Source: Euprymna scolopes (taxonomy: Eukaryota). From it: 64,000 nucleotides of DNA. The stretch lies in NCBI GenBank assembly GCA_053919585.1, contig CM132807.1; one strand, written 5' to 3'. The notes under the pieces were generated by a model that did not search any database, was not told the origin of the DNA, and saw only the letters and a program-made list of their open reading frames with translations. Below, in pieces: positions 56,344 to 63,334 of this stretch (positions are counted from its first letter, which is position 1; each line of letters begins with the position of its first letter). The position numbers and the translations under genes are program-made.

Positions 56344-59300
56344 GTGGATATTACAAATATCAGTGAAGATATAGCTTGGATATTTAAGTTAATTATTGGT
56401 ACGTGGTTGTCATTAATTTCCTATCTATAGTAGACTCACATCGAACTGTAAGTGGCACAAAAAAAAAATAAAATAAAATAAAAAATTTCACTGAAATTCT
56501 CTGTAACGGATCCAAGCATTGTATGTAGAGACAGTTGCAAAGAAAGTAAGAACTTCAACACAAACTTTTACTGTAGATAAAAAAGTTCTTTATTTTCTTT
56601 GTTTAACATGCAAGTCGCCAACACGTAGTTAACATCAGTCTGTTTTCTCGTTTTCTCATCCACGTCCACAGTCTGTCATAACATGGTACCAGACACAGCT
56701 TACTGTCATTATACGGCACCAGACATAGTTGGTTCTTCAACAAAGTGGGAAAGAAAAAGACCCGTCTCCTGCTTGCCAAGCCCATTCTCTGTGTCTATGC
56801 ATGCATTCTGCTTTGTGACATCACACCCATGTCACGGCTTGAAATGCTAACCTGCATGTCATTTTAATGGCAGAACCCAACTACGTGATAATTGTTCATG
56901 AAAATAAATATTAGTCAATCAGTCGTCATTTACCTATAAGCCTCAATGAAATAACATTTCTATTTTAGTAAAATATCACAAAGACAATATGAAAGAAATA
57001 TTTGTTTTAATTCCACTCAAATAATTGTTACGTTTGCAAAGGCAATGTCTTAAAAATTTGAAAGTATACTTCTCACATATGATGCTAAGAATAATATTTA
57101 TTTCAGTTTATTGTCATAATATGTGAATATTTAAATCATCAATTAATTAGTTTCTTACCTGATGTTGTTGAAGTACGTCCTGATGTTGTGGTTATTTTAG
57201 GCATCGATTTTCAGTAGAAAAAGAAAAAGTAAAATTTTGTTAGATTTAGGATATTGTAAAAATATTTTCTGTACATTGTATCTTATAAAATTGCTTTTGA
57301 TGTGAAGATGGCGGTTGTAGATAGAAATACTATATCAATTTTAGTGGATATATTTTTATAAAAAAATGGATACTGTATAGTTAATATTATTGTTATGTAT
57401 TTTCCGTCCAGTGATGATGATGATGATGAAGTAGATATAAAAGGGGAAAGAATTGCTGATTTCTCGTTCAAACTCTATTCATCTAACACTTATCGTTGAC
57501 TATTGTTTGACTAGAAGTGGTATTTTTTAGTTCCTTACATCAAGTAGATTCATGTCTTGTCTCAAGCGATTTAAAAAAAAATTACATTGGAATAGACAAA
57601 CAGTGAATGTCTATTTTAGCATCTATACACCTTGCTTTAACCTTTATCTGAAAACTTTAAAAAGTTATTAATGTTTTAAACATTTTGCATATAATCTGAT
57701 ATTTTAATTATAATAAACAGTATCTAACTCAAAGCTTTTAATAAGCTGATAATACAAATAAATTGATAAACATTTAATTCAGGTTTATTTCACTGAAAAT
57801 TGTGCAAAGAATATCAATAAATTATAAAACAGTGTTTATTAGAAAAAATTTAAAATGCCTCCAAATATTAACCGACTTACCTACTGTGGTAGTTTTCTCT
57901 GTGGATGTTGTTATTGGTAATGCTGCAAATAAATATATAATAATTACAATAGCAACATTATTGGAGAAATTGATTAAACTTTATTATTTATTAGTCATTC
58001 AAAGTCAAATAGATTTTTGTTTTATCAAACTTTTTTTGTATTATATTTCTTAGTATATTTGTTTGTTTTTGAATCAGAAAAAATATTAAAACTATTTTAA
58101 TTTTTTTCAGGGTAGCTTTAAACTGAGAAACAAAAACCGGTACCAAAGAGAAATGTCAAAGTCAGTCTACTGTACAGGAAAAAAAGAAAAGCTGATTCAC
58201 ATTTTATATCTATAACGGACGTTTATGCTTGTCACTGACTATTCAAAAAAGAAGTAGAAAAAGACTACATGAATTCAAAATGAAAATCATATAAAAGACA
58301 AAAGCAAAAAGGAACATTTAATGTCACAATAAGAGCAACTATAAGCTATAATTATAGCAATTTCGTTAGCTTAACCATACAATAGTGGTGTAAAAAATTG
58401 TGAAGTTAGATTTTTGGATGTTTTTACAACAAATCTCACAATGATAGGAATAATATGTAGAGTTGGTTAAAATATAGATAAACTACTTGAACTAAAGATT
58501 ATTAAATGTCCTTACTTGGCAATTTGAAACATGCTTCAATATCCAGCCAAACTCTATAGTTTGCACTCTGATCAGCTTCTTTTTCTTCCAAAATAACCTT
58601 GATTGCAGTCACTTTGTCAAATGTCTTTGAAATATATGGTCCAGTGATTTTAGTGCCATCAGGAATATTTTTGAAATATTCTGATCCTGGATATTGTACA
58701 AGAATTGTGAATTTCTCGGCATTGCCATTCACATCGACCTTTGTTAGCTCTACCCCTTCGGGATCATCGGTAAGTTTGACTGTAATAGTTGGTTTCGGGT
58801 CAAGAGATGAAGTCGGTACTGGTGCAATCCATCCAGACCCCTCAGGTCTGACATTATTTATAGGAGAGCTTGGTGTTTCTGGTGTTCCACTAATGAAGTC
58901 ATCAGGAATGAGTATTTTATTATCCATGCCTGCAATAGCTTCACATCGAACTGTAATTGAAACAAAACAATAAGAAAACATTAATTTTTACTATTTTGCA
59001 TGAAAATAACAATTAGTCAATAAATTTAACCCATAGTTTTACTTAAAGCTATGTTTTTCCATATTTGTAAAGTATTACCTATGCAAAAAATGAATATGAT
59101 ATATTTGTTTCAATTTCACAATTTATACTTTTGCAAATAACATTGTTTCAACAATCTTCATAATAACACTTACATAAGATACTAAGTATTGTTTTTTTTT
59201 ATCTTAATCTAGTGTCTTAATGTGTGAATACTTATATCATCAATTAATTCATTTCTCACCTGGCGTTGTTGAAGTAGTTCCTGACGTTGTTGAAGTGCGT

Positions 59301-61995
59301 CCTGATGTGGTGATTTTAAGTAGAAAAAGAACAAAAAGGAACATTTTGTTAGATTTAGCATATTAAAAACTATTTTCTGCATTTTATTTCCTAGAAAATA
59401 TTTTTTGTCTGAAGTTGGCAGCGGTGAAGTAAGGACTGTATATCAATTAATGCATAGTGAGTATTATTAATATAAGAATGTCGGTACTGTATAATGAATA
59501 TTCTATAGTCAACATTACTGACATGAAAAGGGTGGATATTGTATAGTAAATATTATTGATATAAATAGTGGATTCTATATAGTGGATAATTTATAAATAA
59601 TATTATTGTTATCAAATGATCTGCAGTGATATTATTCTTCGTCCCATCAGTAGATGTGATACTAAACGGGTTTCACTACCTCAATAACCCAGATTTTTTA
59701 TTCGGTAGCTATCTCAAAGCTAATTTCTTTAAAAACCCTTTCCAGACTATTGAACTGAACCAACAATCACAACCAAAAAGTGTCAGGAGAAGAATATTGA
59801 CTATTTTGCATATCTTATCCTAGTGTGCTTATCATTATACAACAATAAAACTTACAATTTTAGATATTCATAACTGAAATTTTGTGGTTATGTTTGTTAT
59901 AGACTAAAGTTTATTTGTACAAAATTTGGTTGGATTGTGAATTTTATTAATGATTTCATACGTGACATTTTTTTGGGGGGAGTCACCTCATAATTTTTTG
60001 TGGAATTGATATTTCTAAATTTTACTTTTTAACTATTTGTGTCCTTCAAACATACAAGAGCCTTTAATTCCCAAAAGCTTAGAAAACATTTTGCATAGTG
60101 AATAATGCTATTTAATCTTCAAAGATTTTCACACACAAACATGTTTCATCTTTTATTATATAAAGGGCAAATGTCTGTGTGTATGCATGCATGTTTGTAT
60201 GTTCAGCTAACATTTAAAAAATATAAAAGAATCTCCTACAAAGTTGGTAATTTTTATAATTGGCTTAAATTTTTTATTAAATTTTCATTAATTTTTAAAA
60301 TCTATTTCATTCAGTAGCTTTCATTCATTTTTTCTCATTCTTTCAACATAATATTCTGCACACATTTTTACTACTGTCCAGATTCCATCTTCTTCTGAAG
60401 TTATCAATCCAAGCCTCACATTACATATCCATCTTATTATCTTTATATCATTTATCTTAATGCACCACATATTCTCAATGTTCACTGCCATATATCATAG
60501 TACATATTAATGCCCGATAGACTATTTCCTTAGTCGACAATGGTAACCTTCAGTTTGTACTCCAATTTTAGGATATGTATATATATACAGGTAGAGAGTT
60601 GCATAGTCAGGTAAATCAACTACCTTCACTAAAATAAGTTATTACTTTATTGTTAATTCATATATTCTTAGTGATGTCGATCTATAATGAGAAACGAGAA
60701 TAACAGAAAACTTGAGAAAGCTTTATTCTACTTAGAATAACTGATACAGCTGTAGTAAGCTTTTAGTTTTGCACTTAACTAAAGAGTTCTCCGAAACGAA
60801 GGTAATCAAAATAAATGAGTTTACTCTTGATTACTTATTACACTGCCTTCGAATGAAACTGAGTTTCAGACTCTTTTGCAAAGGAGTGAAGTATAGTATC
60901 TGTTCTGTTACTCCACGTTAATTTTTCTATCCTCGATCAGTGAAGAAGAAGTTCTTCTGGGCTGAGGTAATTTTAATTTTTGTACCAATCCAGTATCCTT
61001 TTCTAGGGAGCTGAATTTTCCTCACATTAAAAACTGACCTATTGTTTAACTCTGTCCTCATGTGGAGACAAGTAAATAGAAAATGAGCCTCAGACTAAGA
61101 AATCATGTTTTAGTCTTACCAACTTATTTTCCTTTGCAGTTTAGTCTTAAAGGTGGTTGTCCAACTCTTTCGATTTAAAAAATGGGAATATTTGAAATTT
61201 AAAAAAATATATATACTTGTTTTTATTTTATTGTTTTTTTTTTTTCACTTGAAATCGTATTTGCATGTTATTGTCTAGAAAAGTAATATTTAAAATCTTG
61301 AATAAATAACATTTTCTTCCAAAATTCAAGTCTGGATCAAAATATAGTAACTGCTCTACCCTCATTAAAGCCCTGTAGCACTAAAAATGGACATACCTAA
61401 TATTAAGTTCAGTTATGTGTCACATCCAATTTTCATATGTTGGCAAGTATATGGTAATTAGAATCATATTTACTGTATGTAGTTATTAAGGATTTCTGCA
61501 CAATGTACTGATCATAGTTATTTCTTGTTAATATACACTATGTATGCAAAAAGGAAATAAAAGTTTAGTGGGATTTGAACATAGAAATCATTTTTTTATT
61601 TCATCAAAGTTTCCCAGCATATATTTTAACAAAAATCATACACATATTAACAGTGATCGTCTACCTAGTTAGCCATCAGTTTTTAACACTTTACAATCAG
61701 TACTCTTAAAAATATGTCAATAAACAAGATGTGTTTTACCCGAGACTAAAATGGAACAAGTAGACATTGTATTACCTGTTGTGGTCGACATTTGACTTGG
61801 CGTTGTTGACAAAAATACTGTTGTTTGAACAGTTGTTAAGTTTCCTGGTTTGCAAATTGGACAGCATTTTCCTTCTATGTACTCCCAAGTTCCATAACAG
61901 GGTTGGTCAGAGCATTTAATAGTCTCTTTCTTTAACATTGGACCAGGTTCACATGTTAGTTTCGTACAAGGACCATCATTCCATTCGGCATTAAC
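1348..61995 (-). CDS. Multi-exon mucin/VWF-like secreted protein (partial): VWC - (Thr-rich linker + discoidin/F5-8C-like domain) x11 - Thr-rich - CTCK
   Basis: 33 exons with AG/GT boundaries join in one open frame (6436 nt). VWC and CTCK cysteine motifs flank an alternating PTS-linker/domain array. No start codon or terminal exon found in the window. Confidence 0.88.
2850..3050 (-). mobile_element. Penelope-like terminal-repeat fragment with hammerhead-like core
   Basis: Minus strand CACCTGAAGAAGGTCGGAGGTTATATCGACCGAAACGTTG: CUGANGA, a GGTCG/CGACC stem, then GAAA. Confidence 0.5.
4914..4964 (-). CDS. Thr/Pro-rich linker exon (51 nt)
   Basis: taacag|..TPEITTRIPLTPTSTQ..|gtaag, phase 1-1. 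Confidence 0.75.
5509..5541 (-). CDS. Thr/Pro-rich linker exon (33 nt)
   Basis: tttcag|..TTAPPSTSYP..|gtaagt, phase 1-1. Confidence 0.7.
5580..5697 (+). pseudogene. Degenerate 5S rRNA-derived sequence (pseudogene or SINE3 head)
   Basis: ACCGGTACT..GAT....AAGTTAAGCAA.....GCC..GTCAGTAC..GA.G.GTGA is collinear with 5S rRNA box A/IE/C; many substitutions. Confidence 0.5.
7673..8119 (-). CDS. Domain exon, type A (most C-terminal copy), discoidin/F5-8C-like
   Basis: 447 nt, ttgcag|..RCESIEGMSDINIIPDEFITG...KIWVKIDACFHLP|gtaagt, phase 1-1. Confidence 0.9.
8521..8865. mobile_element. MITE-like insertion with ~50-bp imperfect terminal inverted repeats
   Basis: attgattt..tggactgttatttttatcttcatagttgttg vs caacaactataaagatgagaataacagtccac..aaatcaat; not seen in the paralogous introns. 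Confidence 0.5.
8999..9037 (-). CDS. Thr-rich linker exon (39 nt)
   Basis: tttcag|SPITSTQKTTTP|gtaagt, phase 1-1. Confidence 0.85.
10094..10540 (-). CDS. Domain exon, type A (divergent C-terminal half)
   Basis: 447 nt, same splice sites and phase as 7673-8119. Confidence 0.9.
10760..12060 (+). mobile_element. Degenerate Tc1-family DNA transposon
   Basis: TA flanks; TIR cactcatgagcaaaa / ttttgctcacgagtg (14/15); broken transposase motifs VFWSD, GGIMVWG, FQHDNAPAH, PGQSPELNxIENIW. Confidence 0.9.
12066..17805 (+). mobile_element. Internally deleted Gypsy LTR retrotransposon (outer element)
   Basis: TSD TATGT at 12061-12065 and 17806-17810. 5' LTR TGTTGTA..GACA at 12066-12245, then tRNA-iMet-like PBS TGGTATCAGAAGC. 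Integrase remnant TSSPHYPKSN...YRAT...GRLIRT, resuming as YRRNRQFIKP after the nested insert. Partial 3' LTR ends at 17805. Confidence 0.9.
12983..17314 (-). mobile_element. Full-length but frameshifted Gypsy-like LTR retrotransposon nested in the outer integrase
   Basis: LTRs 16981-17314 and 12983-13308 (TG..CA); TSD ACATC at 12978-12982 and 17315-17319; PPT AGGGGGAG; order gag, protease, RT (LDLRKAYLQV, FGLNVAP, YIDD), RNase H (VDAS, AELDA, TDS), integrase (HAQSGHPG..CETC, LTDN, NGIAER). Confidence 0.95.
17898..17936 (-). CDS. Thr-rich linker exon (39 nt)
   Basis: SPITSTQKTTTP, AG/GT, paralog of 8999-9037. Confidence 0.85.
18424..18870 (-). CDS. Domain exon, type A
   Basis: 447 nt, AG/GT, phase 1-1. 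Confidence 0.9.
20060..20098 (-). CDS. Thr-rich linker exon (39 nt)
   Basis: SPITSTQKTTTP, AG/GT. Confidence 0.85.
20320..21400 (-). mobile_element. 5'-truncated degenerate LINE (CR1/L2/Jockey group) RT fragment
   Basis: GVPQRSILGPLLFLIFINEL...IFADDTMLY; WLVTFNAAKT; LYLYKATICP. Confidence 0.85.
21477..21923 (-). CDS. Domain exon, type A
   Basis: 447 nt, AG/GT, phase 1-1. Confidence 0.9.
22510..23080 (-). mobile_element. Decayed L1/Tx1-like LINE C-terminal (zinc-finger) fragment
   Basis: EASLTWLVIRDAL and HCGDEDETLCHVF resemble the zf-RVT region; many breaks. Confidence 0.4.
24120..24167 (-). CDS. Thr-rich linker exon (48 nt)
   Basis: aacag|TTEMTTTSGRTTTTP|gtgag. Confidence 0.8.
24689..24760 (-). 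CDS. Thr-rich linker exon (72 nt)
   Basis: ttttag|PGPTTGSTSTGTATTTTTPLITT|gtaaaa. Confidence 0.8.
25652..25705. repeat. (TA)n microsatellite; others at ~42640, ~53001, ~56277; (CA)n at ~8205, ~40132, ~50472; (GA)n at ~6667
   Basis: Directly visible. Confidence 0.95.
27043..27084 (-). CDS. Thr-rich linker exon (42 nt)
   Basis: tttcag|SPITTSTKKTTTT|gtaaat. Confidence 0.8.
27666..28100 (-). CDS. Domain exon, type B
   Basis: 435 nt, ttacag|QCESSKGMNDKSLIPDEYIRG...KVNLDVEACFHLP|gtaagg, phase 1-1. Confidence 0.9.
28402..28443 (-). pseudogene. Linker pseudo-exon (donor GT>AT)
   Basis: Paralog of the 24120 and 56102 linkers (MPKITTSGYTSTS); acceptor intact but donor reads atgag instead of gtgag. 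Confidence 0.6.
28765..28890 (-). CDS. Linker exon of six 21-nt (TSTTSGP-like) repeats; ancestral acceptor mutated, in-frame cryptic acceptor available
   Basis: Donor gtaag intact. Ancestral aacag is aacaa at ~28914. Internal catcag|G gives a 126-nt phase 1-1 exon. Confidence 0.5.
29085..29700 (-). mobile_element. Decayed LINE RT fragment (same group as 20320-21400)
   Basis: IDIYADDKNIY and LQPLSHKRDVASLFLLYRY. Confidence 0.7.
30850..30921 (-). CDS. Thr-rich linker exon (72 nt)
   Basis: ttatag|TGPTTGSTSTGTPTTTSTPLVTT|gtaaaa; paralog of 24689-24760. Confidence 0.8.
32896..33435. mobile_element. Mariner-like non-autonomous remnant(s)
   Basis: tatgaggggcgtttcaaaagta pairs with tacttttagaatgaccctcata (33211-33232); second TIR-like end ttttggagcgacccttgta at ~33433; internal direct repeat. 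Confidence 0.5.
33537..33578 (-). CDS. Thr-rich linker exon (42 nt)
   Basis: SPITTSTKKTTTT, AG/GT. Confidence 0.8.
34157..34204 (+). pseudogene. U2 snRNA 5'-end fragment
   Basis: CTTCTTGGCCTTTTGGCCAAGATCAAAGTGTAGTGTCTGTT vs U2 CTTCTCGGCCTTTTGGCTAAGATCAAAGTGTAGTATCTGTT; rest of U2 absent. Confidence 0.8.
34430..36075. repeat. ~159-bp satellite-like array, ~10 units, with inverted block ~34505-35160
   Basis: Recurring gtcgaaattagtaacatatccaagaattatgaaaaatgatgaaatgtgagttaattgattggtgtg in both orientations. Confidence 0.9.
36524..36958 (-). CDS. Domain exon, type B
   Basis: 435 nt, AG/GT, RCESSKGMNDKS...RVWLDIEACFKLP. Confidence 0.9.
37854..37895 (-). CDS. Thr-rich linker exon (42 nt)
   Basis: ttacag|SSTTTFTKSTTTK|gtaagt. 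Confidence 0.8.
38626..39110 (+). mobile_element. DINE-1/HINE-like (Helentron-derived) non-autonomous element; copy at ~48968-49452
   Basis: Starts AACAAG; (GGAC/CAGA)-type microsatellite; terminal hairpin ggtccc...gggacc followed by aa. Confidence 0.55.
40247..40369 (-). CDS. Thr-rich linker exon (123 nt)
   Basis: atacag|STQTTSPSTTPTKTTTAFTEVLPITEETIEWTFPSSTAEP|gtaaaa. Confidence 0.8.
41699..42133 (-). CDS. Domain exon, type B
   Basis: 435 nt, AG/GT, phase 1-1. Confidence 0.9.
42452..42541 (-). CDS. Thr-rich linker exon (90 nt, 21-nt repeats)
   Basis: aacag|TPTITTTPGRTPTTSGRTPTTSGRTPTTP|gtgag. Confidence 0.8.
44279..44317 (-). CDS. Thr-rich linker exon (39 nt)
   Basis: SPTTSTKKTTTV, AG/GT. 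Confidence 0.8.
44515..46428 (+). repeat. Second copy of the ~159-bp array (~11 units) plus Helitron 3' end; 5' end absent
   Basis: Unit starts at 45001, 45160, 45319; ends with hairpin + CTAG at 46425-46428. Confidence 0.9.
46867..47301 (-). CDS. Domain exon, type B (duplicate of 36524-36958)
   Basis: 435 nt, identical translation. Confidence 0.88.
48197..48238 (-). CDS. Linker exon (42 nt; duplicate of 37854-37895)
   Basis: AG/GT, same sequence. Confidence 0.8.
50617..50739 (-). CDS. Linker exon (123 nt; duplicate of 40247-40369)
   Basis: AG/GT, same sequence. Confidence 0.8.
52060..52494 (-). CDS. Domain exon, type B (duplicate of 41699-42133)
   Basis: 435 nt, identical translation. 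Confidence 0.88.
52813..52902 (-). CDS. Linker exon (90 nt; duplicate of 42452-42541)
   Basis: AG/GT, same sequence. Confidence 0.8.
54647..54685 (-). CDS. Linker exon (39 nt; duplicate of 44279-44317)
   Basis: AG/GT, same sequence. Confidence 0.8.
55359..55793 (-). CDS. Domain exon, type B
   Basis: 435 nt, RCEAIAGMDNKILIPDDFISG...DIEACFKLP. Confidence 0.9.
56102..56170 (-). CDS. Thr-rich linker exon (69 nt)
   Basis: aacag|TPKITTTSGRTSTTSGTTSTTP|gtgag. Confidence 0.8.
57159..57179 (-). pseudogene. Linker pseudo-exon or 21-nt cryptic micro-exon
   Basis: Donor gtaag intact; ancestral acceptor lost at ~57206; first downstream AG (catcag) gives in-frame RTSTTS. Confidence 0.4.
57881..57922 (-). 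CDS. Thr-rich linker exon (42 nt)
   Basis: ttgcag|LPITTSTEKTTTV|gtaagt. Confidence 0.8.
58516..58950 (-). CDS. Domain exon, type B (most N-terminal copy; same translation as 55359-55793)
   Basis: 435 nt, AG/GT, phase 1-1. Confidence 0.9.
59260..59301 (-). CDS. Linker exon (42 nt) requiring an internal catcag acceptor
   Basis: Donor gtgag; pyrimidine tract followed by first AG at 59302-59303; in-frame RTSTTSGTTSTTP. Confidence 0.55.
61776..61995 (-). CDS. Exon: C-terminal part of a VWC domain plus Thr-rich tail
   Basis: 220 nt, phase 0-1, ttttcag|VNAEWNDGPCTKLTCEPG...KCSDQPCYGTWEYIEGKCCPICKPGNLTT...TTT|gtaata; W...C....C...C....C...CCPxC is the VWC signature. Confidence 0.85.
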
Positions 61996-62219
61996 CTGAA
62001 AAAACATTTGATTCAAGAATATACAAGGTGTTGGAGACAAATTTGACCCTTTTTGAAAAGGAAAGAGAAAACATACTTTGGCCAATAGTTGATATGTTCT
62101 CAAAATGCAAAGTGCAACTCTTAGAGAATTTTTTGCTGAATACAAACTCTAAAAAGCTGGTCTGCGCTTCCACCATGGCTTCTAGGCAGGACTTGAGCCT
62201 AGAAAATACAGCCTTCACA

Positions 62220-63334
62220 CAGTGGCGTAGCATCAGATTTTGCTGCCGGGGGCGGTAGTAAAATTTGCCCCCCTCCCGCTTGCATATGATTACCTGTTGT
62301 GCCCCCCCCCCCCACCGCTGGCATATGATTACCTCTTTTGTCGCCCCCCTCCGATTTCGATACCTCCAAAAGTTCCAATTTTTTTACAAACTTTTCAGTA
62401 TAAAATTTAAAATATTTTATTAGCTTTTATTTAGTTTTTTCATTTTTTTTTTATCCTCACAAAATGCCGCCCCCTGGTATGTGCCGCTCGTAAAATAGGG
62501 ACACATTTTTCTGATTCCAATACCTCCAAAAGTTCCGATTTTTTTACAAACTTTTCGGTATACAATTTAAGATATTTTGTTAGCTTTTATTTTTTAAATT
62601 TTTTTTCTATTTTCTATTTGTGTAATCTCAAAATGCTGCTCCCCGACATGGTAAAATAGGAGATAGATTTTTCCGATTCCAATACCTCCAAAAGATCCGA
62701 TTTTTTAAAAACCTTTCGGTAAAAAATTCCGATTTTTATTAGCCTTTATTTATTTTTTCTATTTTCTATTTTTATCCTCACAAAATACCGCCCCCTGGTA
62801 TGTGCCGCTCGTAAAATAGGGACACATTTTTCCGATTTCAATACCTCAAAAATTACCGATTTTTTTACAAACTTTTCGATATAAAATTTAAGATATTTTG
62901 TTAGCTTTTATTTATTTCTATTTAATTTTTTTCTATTTTCTATTTTTCACCTCTCAAAATGCCGCCCCCTGACATGAGCCGCTTGTAAAATAGGGATACA
63001 TTTTTCCGATTCCAATACCGCCAAAAGTTCCCATTTTTTAAAGACTTTTCAGTAAAAAAATCCAATTTTTTGTTAGCTTTTATCTATTTTTTATTTTCTA
63101 TTTTCAGCCTCTCAAAATACCGCCCCTGAAATGTGTCGTTCATAAAATAGGGACACATTTTTCTGGTTCCGATATCTCTAAAAGTCCCAATGTTTTACAA
63201 CCTTTTCGGCATAAAATTTCAGATATTTTGTTAGCTTTCATTTCTGTTTATTTATTTTTTACCCTCTCAAAATGCCGCCCGGAGCGAACTGCCCTCAGCG
63301 CCCCCCCCCACGCCTCGCCCTTGCTACGCCACTG
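62220..63334. mobile_element. Non-autonomous hAT-like transposon with internal ~160-170 bp tandem repeats
   Basis: 13-bp TIR CAGTGGCGTAGCA / TGCTACGCCACTG; 8-bp TSD CCTTCACA at 62212-62219 and 63335-63342; ~6 internal units (aaaatgccgccccc..gtaaaatagggacaca..). Confidence 0.9.

Noticed and set aside
7762-58973. Repeated plus-strand ORFs (e.g. 7762-8130, 18513-18881, 27749-28099, 55442-55816) overlapping the domain exons
   Set aside because: Antisense shadows of the real exons; they recur only because the exons are duplicated, and their lengths vary without conserved starts.
7641-58981. Treating each ~150-aa ORF as a separate tandem single-exon gene
   Set aside because: Conservation begins upstream of the Met at an AG acceptor and ends exactly at a GT donor. 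The ORF tails are unconserved intron and there are no signal peptides.
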